Assembly (NCBI RefSeq): GCF_964355755.1
Contig: NC_092671.1
Span: 35,412,304-35,476,303, forward strand
Length of the DNA stretch: 64,000 nt
DNA from: Antedon mediterranea
Lineage: Eukaryota > Animalia > Echinodermata
Direction: 5' to 3'
The position numbers and the translations under genes are program-made. Below are positions 1 through 11,226 of this stretch, piece after piece. Below the pieces are notes generated by a model. That model had not been told where the DNA came from. It saw only the letters and a program-made list of their open reading frames with translations, and did not search any database. Each line of letters starts with the position of its first letter. The first letter of the stretch is position 1.

Positions 1-199
1 AGTATTAAATTAAAACTATGGCAAACACCTATAGCTATTCAGGGGCTAATTAAGGTGTACACTTTCTTGTGTACACTGTGTTCTCCCATAATAGTGTTCT
101 ATTGTAGTTAGTTAAAGTTGTGATAGCCAGGAAGAATTGAAGATGATTTGGATGAGGATAATCCAGCTCCTTGTTCACACACAAGAATGTGTATTTTGA

Positions 200-515
200 A
201 ATAATTGTCCCCAAAAACATGAAAATGAAGATTAATAAAATCAGACTTTAAATAGGCCATTTTGCAGTTTTAATAAAGTTATTCACATTTGTATAAGATT
301 ATTTCACATACAAAAAGACAAAAGAAACGTTTAATTTTAACAAAAAAAAAACCCCCATTTTCTGACATTTACTGTAAGTACTTTTTGCTTTAAATTACAT
401 TTTTTCCAGGTAAATAATTTTCGATACAGTTTTTGGTCAAAGTGCATAACTACTATGTGACATTAAAATGGCGTATTCATAAGAAAAAAAAATGTTTAGG
501 GGCCAATATATCTTT
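200..515. mobile_element. Kolobok-like MITE family H copy
   Basis: attgtcccc...aaaatcagacttt...ggggccaatatatct. Confidence 0.65.
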
Positions 516-579
516 ATAAAGAACTCAATCCATTCATATACAGACATTAATTATGCATGTATTGTCATAATATATTCAG

Positions 580-792
580 GTGTATGGTCTTCTTGGTGAC
601 ATGATGGAGAATATGGTGGGGATGTTTGAGGACATCAAAATGGAGGAAGATCAGATTATTATGAATGCATTGTCATAGCAACCAGTTCAAGATGGATAAG
701 TCACAGAGATTCTTCATGCAGAAATGACAGTGAGGCTAGAAAATGAAGAATGTCAGGGAAGAAATGATGGAGAATGTGGAACACAAATTTAG
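580..792 (+). pseudogene. Possible degraded or terminal exon of a plus-strand gene (VYGLLGDMMENMVGMFEDIKMEEDQ...)
   Basis: Acceptor-like tattcag at 573-579; purine-rich protein-like frame with in-frame TAG (676) and TAA; AATAAA downstream (~823, ~940, ~955). Confidence 0.25.
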
Positions 793-984
793 TTTAGGAT
801 TTAAAATTCCGTCCATTGTATATAATAAAAATAGTAAACAAAAGGTGTTTATGAGCCAAAAAAAGAAAAAAAAAGAGTGAATGCTGTTTGATGTAAGATA
901 AACAAAAATATGAATTATTTATGGCCTTATTTTAAATTCAATAAATGTATTTACAATAAAAGCAATGTGTCTTTGTTATTAATA

Positions 985-1274
985 ATAATATTAATTCTTA
1001 TATAGCGCATATAAGCAAAATACCTCAATGCGCTGCACATTATTACCCCTGTCATTTTTTGGATCAAACACATGGAAACATACTCCCATAATGCAGCTAG
1101 TAATCAGCGCAAATTTGTGTCTTGTTTATAACTGGGTACCAATTTTATATACCTGGTTGGGGAGAGGCAAATGTAAGTAAAGTGCCTTGCTTAAGGATAT
1201 AAGCAATGCGACGAGAGTTGGATTTGAACCTCATGATCAGAAATCCCATGTCCAACACACTGTACCACGGCCTC
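985..1274 (-). mobile_element. tRNA-derived SINE (CORE/Meta-like body, L2-like AT tail)
   Basis: Minus strand: A-box-like TGGTACAGTG, B box GGTTCAAATCC, core tccttaagcaaggcactttac, 3' gcgctatataagaatt plus (att)n. Confidence 0.7.
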
Positions 1275-2285
1275 AATGATGTTATCTTTATTGCCCCAAA
1301 AATAGGCAAACATTTAAACTCTGCCAAATACTGACAATAAACAGTTTTATTTTCATGAAAAATTTACTAATAGTGTAGTAGGGAATTGTATAGCTATAAC
1401 CTTTTCCTATCTGATGTCTTTTTAATGTCATCAAAGACATAAACTGATCGGCAATATTATCTTCTTAGATAATGAAATAAGCTCATTGATTATCTAAACA
1501 AATTCTTAGAAAAATCAATCAAAATTGTTCATCGAAACATGTTTTCTGTTTACAAAACATAAAATGAAACCTTTCCAATATTCTTTTTAATCAATGGCTA
1601 TTAATGGCTATTCCTTGAAAATATTCAAACTTGTGTAATGGTAATAATTTTGACATTAAAATTTACAAAATGACGTTGAGTAATTTTACTTGGAAGCAAA
1701 TATATCCGTAATGTAATCTCACACCAGCAATTGTCAGTATTTTGAATTTTAAATTTTGAATATTTCCACGAATTACTGTATGTTGGCATATTCTCTAATT
1801 TTATTAATAATCCTTTTCGTTTTATTTAGAAATATAATTACCGACAAACCATTAAGCATCATATCCGTGATATGAATACAAACGTGTTTATTCCTTAAAA
1901 TGCAATTTTCTCAATTTTGTGTTTTTCAATTAATTTAAAGAACAAACACCCAAATGTATCATTGCAGCCTAACGTGAATTCGCAATTAAATTTCGAAGAA
2001 GCTTCATCAAATCTCTCATGACCTATAATATGCTAATTACAAATGCAAAGTATACGTACAGGCCTCGCAGCGATTAAAGTTTGCTAGTCCTTCATCATTA
2101 GATAGCAAATATGCGTAGTAGCTAGAATATATATAATAATTATTAGGTTGTAGAAATGACAACACACCCAGCAGCTGATTCTTGTACGGTACCACATCTA
2201 GCAATGTTAAACAACATAGGCCCATATCGTAGTATCTACCTCCTAATATTACCTTAACCACAACTCCCTGCCTTAACCTCTAATA

Positions 2286-2828
2286 AGCTCTGTCTACATT
2301 ATCAAAGTGTGATGTGTCCAAAATTCCTTATTCATCTTTTGAAAGTTAGTCTCTAACATATGGTAGACTAGTCAAGTTATAAACCAAAATAAGTCTGAAA
2401 TGGCGGCCATTTTGTTTTTCACATTTTAAGGGTGAAGATCTAAAAATTGAGCCGGGTAAACAGCAGATTTGAATTCAGCACCCCAAAATTACCCTAAAAC
2501 ACGTGTTTTTTTCGCTTTTAACACGAAATGCCTACAGCATCTTATTAAAGTGGAAATATGACTATCTGGACTAGTCTATGGCTGAAACTTCTGGTAGTGA
2601 TTTTCCAGTGTTCTTGCAGGTTTGACTTATACCCCTTTCACACCAAAAGCAAAACTCTGGAGATCAATCCAAAGTTTTAGTGTGAAACTAAGGGCTATTA
2701 AATTGGTTCACTGACTTTGACATATGCTAGTGTATGCTTAAATATGGTAATGATGTGACATCATCATGTCCATATATGGACACATCACATTTTTTTGTCA
2801 CATAAAGTTTGATAGTGTAGACCGAATT
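2286..2828. mobile_element. MITE family A copy split by a ~415-bp insertion
   Basis: Left arm 2286-2322, right arm ~2738-2828. Confidence 0.65.
2364..2578. mobile_element. Academ-like MITE
   Basis: TAGACTAGTC / GACTAGTCTA termini, 3-bp TSD TGG. Confidence 0.6.
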
Positions 2829-2874
2829 TAACAAGTGAAACCTATATGTTTTCTCATTGGGAGCTTGGCAATTA

Positions 2875-2955
2875 AGCTCTGTCTACACTATCAAACTTTA
2901 TGTGACAAAAAAATGTGATTTGCCCATATATGGACATGATGATGTTATATACTCT
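2875..2955. mobile_element. MITE family A, half copy
   Basis: Left TIR plus cccatatatggacatgatgatg core. Confidence 0.75.
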
Positions 2956-4277
2956 CACTATGCTACAGCATCCCAAATGGGATAAAGATTGCTGTTGAAG
3001 ATATTTGCATCTCACTCATTGCATTAAGTGCTACAAGAGTTTACAAATTCAACAAGAAGCTCTCTCTGAAACTAAATATAAATGTCAAGTCAAAAAGTAA
3101 AACTTACCATTCTAATGATGAACCTACTAATCTATCTCAACCAGCACTGTACACTTCTACTGTGGAACACTGAACAATACGTCTTGCTGTTCCATGACTA
3201 TGGCTTCACTGACTTGTACAAACACACAGGGATGTTAAACAAAGGAAGCTACACCTGTATGAATATGCAAATGAGCTAAAGTTACAATCAGTAAAGAAAA
3301 AAAGTAAATAATTGAAAATACTGATAGTCAGTACTAAATAAATTAAATAATAAATTTATTTCCTTCTTTTAGGAAAAACAAAAAAATGTATGTGAAAATT
3401 AAAATATAATTTGACAGGCATCCCAGAAATTCCAAACCAATTAATTTATGAATGGCAATGAGAGATTAAGAAGATTAAAGAGATTAAAACATAAACATTT
3501 TCGCTTGATAAGCAGACATTGTGTATTTTACAGAAGATAATAACCTTATTAGTCAAAATTAGATGGTTTTAAATGTAAATTTGTTGAAACACATACAAAA
3601 ATCAAATCTGCTAACCTGTGTGGGTGGAGCCATCACCACACATGCAAACAGTTCCCATGGCGATACACACTTTCAAAGACACCGATTGGCTGTGACCTGT
3701 AACCACATCAAAAATACATTGTGAATCAGCCCAACTGAATCACCCACAACTTATTAAATGTCGATTTTGAAGACATTTCCTTAATATGAGCTTTTTTTTT
3801 CGAAGGTGCCATTGAATCTTAAAAGAAAAATATAGTCTTGAAAAAATTGTTGACACGCACAACATTGCTAATATATTAAAGCATAATAACATATAACCAA
3901 GAGATTCACATTAATGTGTATTCAAATGTGCTCAAACGAGCCGCCAATAATGGCATGATTAGTTCCATCTTCTTACAATAATAACTTCCCCTAGTACACT
4001 CTTACAAATCAGAGATGATCCTGTTTGTGCATTTTCATTTTTCACGGGATCGTTTCAAGTTGCTATAACCAATTCATAATCTTCGCCATTCATTTGATGT
4101 TTCCCTAGTGGCAGAGATGCAATATTAGGAAACAACCATTCTTAAATGGGTGTACATAATTGGGTGTTTTAATAGTTATTTTGAGAACATTATTTTACCA
4201 GTTAAATTTACATTACTACATCTAGCAATGTTAAACATCCTAAACATATCTAACTTCAAATTATAACTTAACCTCAA

Positions 4278-4410
4278 GCATTATCAAACTAGTTTGTGAG
4301 TGTGATGTTTCACAAATATGGTAGTGATATGCTTAAATATGGTAGTGATATGACATCATGTCCATATATGAGCACATCACATTTTGTTGATGTCACATAA
4401 AGCTTGATAA
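4278..4410. mobile_element. MITE family A, truncated copy
   Basis: aaatatggtagtgatat units and catcatgtccatatatg core. Confidence 0.7.
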
Positions 4411-4759
4411 AGCTTAAGCCTCATAATCTTTCACTATACTACAGTCCCACATTTGTTTCAACACACAATTGAGTGTTTGTAATAGTTAATTTAAGAACAT
4501 AATTTTTTTAATCCATCTTGTTTCTGCAGCCAAGAAAATAGTGATACATTAATTGATTCAATCATGCATACATACCCAGTGTTCGACACAAAAAAAACAA
4601 GTCCTATTTGTGAAAATCCAGTCAGAGAAAATCGCTCAATTGAATCCACCTGTATCTCAGGTCTGCCAGACATTCTGACTAATGCAATACCTTTTTTTTG
4701 TATATATTTTGAGTTTATCACAAGTTTATTGTTACTAACAAGTTTTCATAATATCGTAT

Positions 4760-5812
4760 CGTATCATATTCATTATCACTATGCGCGAGTACAACCAACG
4801 TTGCTATGCTGACAGTGTTAAACTTCTCACTGATTTTTTTTCGTATTATATTCATTATCACGGTGCACAAGTACAACCAAAATGGGTATAGTACCGCACA
4901 GTGGTAAACTTCTCACTGATTTTTTTTGTATCCTATTTATTATCACGGTGCACAAGTACAACCAAAATGGGTATAGTACCGCACAGTGGTAAACTTCTCA
5001 CTGATTTTTTTCATATCCTATTCATTATCACGGTGCACAAGTACAACCAAAATGGGTATAGTACCGCACAGTGGTAAAATTCTCACTGATTTTTTTTCGT
5101 ATCCTTATTAAAGACCCCTTCCCTGCAATTTTGGACGTTTTTTGGAAAATAATACATATATATCACAAAACATTAAACCATGTCATTCCTTGTCTTTAAT
5201 GTATGTTTTATGGTAAATTATGATAAAAAGTGAGAAACAATGCACTACCTAAGTAGCTCGCGGCGATCGACCTCTCGTGGACGGTCTTAGGCCTAGCCTA
5301 GCTAGGCTTAGTTTTGTAGGCCTAGCTGGTAAACATCGGTAACGTACGAACATCGTAAGCGAGCTATATACCTAGCCTGACGTTGTATAGTTGCTGCATT
5401 AATTGTCTTTCTATTTTTGCCAGACTCCGTTGATACAAATTGGGGAACACCCGGTATTTTCGCTGAAAAGTTAGGAGTCTTCCATTTGTTTTGGCCTCAC
5501 GATCGATCGAAAAGTGGGCGAATTACAGGTGAAAAACAAAAATATCAATCCGCGCGCAATGCATTTTGGGATTTATAGCGGGCCGCTATAATGATTATAA
5601 TCGACTTATTTTTCACATTTTTAACCGTTTAAAGACGAAAAAAGTTATCGCAATAGGACCATATAGTATTATTTTTACATTAAATATAGTTTTTGATCTT
5701 AAATTAGATCTAAAAAACGTAGGGAATGGGGCTTTAATATCACTGTACGCAAAGTACAACCAAAATGGGTATAGTAGCGCCCAGTGGTAAACTTTTAATC
5801 ATATCCTATTCA
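4760..5812. repeat. ~84-bp minisatellite (about 5 copies), interrupted by a Kolobok-like element
   Basis: Unit contains ttatcacggtgcacaagtacaaccaaaatgggtatagtaccgcacagtggtaaacttctcactgat; resumes at ~5738. Confidence 0.85.
5112..5733. mobile_element. Kolobok-like non-autonomous element inserted in a minisatellite
   Basis: TTAA TSD, AG...CT termini, imperfect TIR agaccccttccct / agggaatggggct. Confidence 0.7.
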
Positions 5813-6328
5813 TATATATTGTTCTATCCTTAATTGCACTTGGAAGATTTTGAAATAAAAAACATAAATACAGTAATGTGTATCAAAGGCACACGATCAT
5901 TTATTATTCTTATTAATTACTGTTTTGTTACAATATAATTGTAGAAAAAGGCCAAGACCACTGTACTCAGCCTATATAATATTACAAGCTATACACAGAA
6001 GCATAATTACTAACAATAATGCTACAGTATTGATATTTTTTACAGCAGAAATAACATGGCAAATTGAATATGCTAAATACTATATTGCTATTTATATAGA
6101 AGTCACAGGATATGAATATCATCCAATAGTCACATTGATTCTTAATCATAGTTAATCATATCACTCCATGCCCGGAAAAATAAGAATACACAAATAAGGT
6201 CAATTTTAGGTCACCGGGTCAAACTAAGGTCATGATATACTTATTAATACACATTGCTTAACAATTTATACATTTTGTATTCTTTAATACAGAGTTGTGA
6301 TTTTAATGCACCATTTAATCTATTGTAA

Positions 6329-6507
6329 AGCTTGGTTCCCACTAGAACGTAACGCAAGGACGTAAACGCAACGCAAGCGTTTTAACCAATGACAAGCAAA
6401 GTTATAGACAGTTAGCAATCACAAGCGAATAAGCCATTGCTTGTGATTGGTCAATTCACTTGCGTTGCGTTAAGTCCTTGCGTTGCGTCGCTAGTGGTAA
6501 CCACGCT
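6329..6507. mobile_element. MITE family B (palindromic, TAA TSD, Harbinger-like)
   Basis: TIR AGCTTGGTTCCCACTAG, long aacgcaa/ttgcgtt arms; other copies at 7210-7340, 26110-26289, 35249-35402, 56838-56977. Confidence 0.85.
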
Positions 6508-7209
6508 TAAAGTAACAGTAAACCATAATTATATAACCAATAATATACCTAAGCTTTCCGCATCCACTCAAAGTGTTTTTGAAAAACATAATAAACAAAT
6601 TTGATGATTTACTCCTTAGCTACTCATACTATAATAAAACCCACCCTTTAACACCAAACATTCCCCACCCCCCCAACCCCAACCACCATGACATGGTACT
6701 ACCATACTCGAGAAAATTATCTCTGCAATGAATTTGTGTAAACTTTTTCAAAATGGGGCTCTTAAACTTACTTTGGAATATTGTCTAACTTTTGGCAAGA
6801 ATTATTTATATCTTAAAACCGATCTTCCACACATTATGCCATAACTATATAATTTTAATGCTCTTAATATACATATAAACGGACTAAATACTCACAGAAA
6901 TACATTAGTCGTCCTCAAAGTTACAATAGGCAATGTACTTTATTTGAGAGACTTGCTCATATAATTGGGTTTAATTTTTTTAAACTAGATGCCACTGTAC
7001 TAAAATACCAGCCACATTTCTTCAATGATACTTCAATGAAACCAGTTTAAATATGCACTCCCTCCAGATATATATAAATAATTTGAAAATATCCCTAAAA
7101 TATAAAGAATTGACTCTGGTACAATATAAGTCTATCTTAACATGAAGTTGGGTCGAATTGTGGAGATGGGACTATATTTGAGGATTGAAAAATAGTGGGT
7201 TATGGGTTA

Positions 7210-7340
7210 AGCTTGGTTCCCACTAGGATGTAAGAACGCAACACAACATAAGTGAGTTGACCAATCACAAGCGGATTGGATTATTCATTTTGTCATTGGT
7301 CAACTCCCTTGCGTTGCGTTTACGTCATTGCGTTGCATCT
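7210..7340. mobile_element. MITE family B, partial copy
   Basis: Left TIR and internal ccaatcacaagcg arm. Confidence 0.7.
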
Positions 7341-7872
7341 TTTCCATGATCTTATAAATATTCCAAGATGGGCAGTATAGTTAAATACTTGTATTTTAAA
7401 AAAAGAGTGAGTGAAAAATACATGAGAATATACACAAATCTTCATTTTTTATGCTGTGCAACTTATATTACAGTATATATTATTCCAACATCATCATGTT
7501 TTAATAATACTATAATAACAATTATAATAATATATTATACAAATTGTAAAAAAATAACATGAACTGTGTACAGACAATAATTCAAGAAAACATAAAGCCA
7601 CTTTATACAGAATTTTTAAAAAAGCATATTCCTTTACTAAACTAATTTTTCACAAATAAAAAAAATAAAAATGTTTAATTATTCATATAATTGTATGTAT
7701 TCATAGCATGGTTATACCAATCACACCAGTAAATGACCACAGTGGCACAATACAATATTCTAACGAATTATGAGTGAATATGTAATTTATTCTTAATAAT
7801 ATTTATCATAAGTAAGTATATCATATAACATCTTTGTGAGCACCATACTGGAAGAGTCCATTGTAATTATAA

Positions 7873-7999
7873 AGCCTTGTCTACACTATCAAACTTTATG
7901 TGATGTGTCCATTTATGGACATGATGATGTCATATCACTACCATTTTTGGGCACTTCACACTTTTTTTGTCAAACTAGTTTGATGGTGTGGACAGAGCT
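7873..7999. mobile_element. MITE family A copy
   Basis: Both TIRs, TAA on both flanks. Confidence 0.85.
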
Positions 8000-8322
8000 T
8001 AAGAAGATTTATAAGAACTTTGGCAGACAGGACTGCCACAAAGCATGTCATCCTCCTTCAGGTGTCAAAGGTCAATGTTGCAACTAAATAAAAAACTCTA
8101 AAATGTTATTTAAAGCTCAATTACAAACAGAAAAATATATATACATTAACCTATTAGCCAAGTTAATTAAAATGGTCTAACTATTTTTCTTTATATTAAT
8201 TATTATTGCTATTTTACTAAAAATAAAATGGTACAATAAAATAAAATAATAATATCAACATTAAGAAAATAAATTTAATATTTTCTATTTATTGAGTTAG
8301 TTGAGTATAGCATTTAAATTAA

Positions 8323-8994
8323 AGATACTATGGATATCTTGTGTGTAAACAGATACTATGGATATCTTGTGTGTAAACAGATACTATGGATATCTTGTGT
8401 GTAAACAGATACTATGGATATCTTGTGTGTAAACAGATACTATGGATATCTTGTGTGTAAACAGATACTATGGATATCTTGTGTGTAAACAGATACTATG
8501 GATATCTTGTGTGTAAACAGATACTATGGATATCTTGTGTGTAAACAGATACTATGGATATCTTGTGTGTAAACAGATACTATGGATATCTTGTGTGTAA
8601 ACAGATACTATGGATATCTTGTGTGTAAACAGATACTATGGATATCTTGTGTGTAAACAGATACTATGGATATCTTGTGTGTAAACAGATACTATGGATA
8701 TCTTGTGTGTAAACAGATACTATGGATATCTTGTGTGTAAACAGATACTATGGATATCTTGTGTGTAAACAGATACTATGGATATCTTGTGTGTAAACAG
8801 ATACTATGGATATCTTGTGTGTAAACAGATACTATGGATATCTTGTGTGTAAACAGATACTATGGATATCTTGTGTGTAAACAGATACTATGGATATCTT
8901 GTGTGTAAACAGATACTATGGATATCTTGTGTGTAAACAGATACTATGGATATCTTGTGTGTAAACAGATACTATGGATATCTTGTGTGTAAAC
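8323..8994. repeat. Perfect 28-bp tandem repeat, 24 copies
   Basis: Unit AGATACTATGGATATCTTGTGTGTAAAC; 672 bp = 24 x 28. Confidence 0.97.
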
Positions 8995-9092
8995 ACTGAA
9001 ATACTAATTCATTATGGTTTAGTGGACATTGTTATTTATTGTAATAATATATTTGATTATTGTATACTACCTCAAAAACCATTATAACCTTT

Positions 9093-9865
9093 GATTAGCC
9101 CAGTGCCTAGTACTAGCCCAGTGCCTAGGATTATCCCAGTGCCTAGTACTAGCCCAGTGCCTAGTACTAGCCCAGTGCCTAGTACTAGCCCAGTGCCTAG
9201 GATTAGCCCAGTGCCTAGTACTAGCCCAGTGCCTATGATTAGCCCAGTGCCTAGGATTAGCCCAGTGCTTAGCACTACCTAACCCAGTGCTTGGCACTAC
9301 TAGCCCAGTACCTAGCACTACCTAACCAAGTGCTTAGCACTACTAGCCCAGTGCCTAGGATTAGCCCAGTGCCTAGTACTAGCCCAGTGCCTAGTACTAG
9401 CCCAGTGCCTAGTACTAACCCAGTGCTTAGCACTACTAGCCCAGTACCTAGCACTACCTAACCAAGTGCTTAGCACTACTAGCCCAGTGCCTAGGATCAG
9501 CCCAGTGCCTAGGATCAGCCCAGTGCCTAGGATCAGCCCAGTGCCTAGGATCAGCCCAGTGCCTAGGATCAGCCCAGTGCCTAGGATCAGCCCAGTGCCT
9601 AGGATCAGTCCAGTGCCTAGCACTACCTAACCCAGTGCTTAGCACTACCTAGCCCAGTGCTTAGCACTACTAGCCCAGTGCCTAGGATCAGCCCAGTGCC
9701 TAGGATCAACCCAGTGCCTAGCACTACCTAACCCTGCACATGCACTACCTAACCCAGTACCTAGCACTACTAGCCCAGTGCCTAGGATTAACCCAGTGTC
9801 TAGCACTAGCCCAGTGTCTAGCACTAGCCCAGTGCCGGCTAGTACTACCTAACCCAGTGCTTAGC
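9093..9865. repeat. 18/21-bp variant minisatellite
   Basis: Core AGCCCAGTGCCTAG plus variable GATT/GATC/TACT/CACTACT linkers. Confidence 0.95.
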
Positions 9866-10415
9866 CCAGAGTTGTACGCTGAACTAGCATTAAATCGAGT
9901 CATACAAACATAATCTAGGTTGTGACATGTATTGTATGAATTGTTTTAAATTGTTATTTATTGTACAGTAGTAATATAATTTATATTGTTATACTACTTC
10001 AAAAACCATTAAAACTTTTGACAAACCCAGTGCCTAGCCCGAAGTTGTACATTGGACTAGCATCAAATCGAGTCATACTTGAGCATAATCTAGGTTGTGA
10101 CATGTATTATGTGAATTGTTTTAAAGAGCAAACTAAAAATACCATCAAATGATACAATGAATCATATGTACAGTATGCCATGAATCGTGCAAGCCGAATG
10201 TAAGCTTGACTAAACTTTTGATTCCTTGAAATATTCTAATTCTGATACTAACATACTTGCATTACGGCTTGGATAATTGCATATCCATTAGAGATTATCA
10301 AACAAAGCTTGGATAGAGCCGAAAACCAGGTCTACTCAACATGTCGTTGTATTACATTTTGATCGTACTTCACAAATCAAAAAGAGAGGAGATTGAATTT
10401 CATTTAAACTGTTAA

Positions 10416-10702
10416 AGATGTATTGTCCCCCTGAAAAAAATTATTAACATTTTTTGTTGTTGAATATGCACATTTTATGTTGCTAATAGTTACCAACTTT
10501 TGGATAACAAAATATTTATTTACCTGAAAAAACTGTAATTTAATGCAAAAAATAGTCAAATTGACTGCCAACCAATGAGTTTTTGGTTGAATTTAATGGT
10601 TTATTTTTTTAAACATTATTTTGTGGGTGTTTTTTTTCTATGGAAGTGATTAACTTAAATATTTAAAGTCTGATTTGTCATTTTTTTTGGGGCAATACAT
10701 CT
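10416..10702. mobile_element. Kolobok-like MITE family H
   Basis: TTAA TSD, TIR AGATGTATTGTCCCC; related copies at ~200-515, ~15060-15390, ~27696-27950, ~58125-58330, ~62753-63040. Confidence 0.75.
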
Positions 10703-11226
10703 TTAAACTCGTGAAAATTTTAAAATGAACACAAAATAATGATAAATATTCTCTACACTAATTTTGTATAAAAATGAAAACATGATATGTATCAGTACAA
10801 CACTTAAAGTGTCTTCTTAATAGGGTTGGTTGTAGTGTTAATATATTGCTGCTCCTCATTCATTTCACAGGAAAGTGTCCCCTTAATATGTGTATATACA
10901 TAGCATATTTTCTTATATATTATCTTATCCATTGTATAGTATTGTATGTTTTTAACTGTTGTTATTTTTATTGTAATTTGAACCTTGGAAGGCAAATTTC
11001 ATTTACTGTGTATTTGACAATAAATTTTAACTTGAACTTGTGTTCCAAAGGAGATGTCTTACTGTACTTCAATTGCTCAGATAATAATCCTAACATTTTC
11101 CAAAACAGTTCAAAATGGAAGAAAGAAGAAATTGGTCTTTTTATAGATGCATCACAACATACAATGTTTCAACCAAAACAAGAACATTACTGTAAAGTAG
11201 TTAGTTATCTATGATTAACTGTGTCC

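Noticed and set aside
8323-8994. 28-bp repeat as a CRISPR array
   Set aside because: Units are head to tail with no spacers, there are no cas genes, and the context is eukaryotic.
9072-9645. Repetitive ORFs (GTGLIL, HWADPR, SPVPST)
   Set aside because: Translations of the 18-bp minisatellite, open in several frames on both strands, with no splice or start context.
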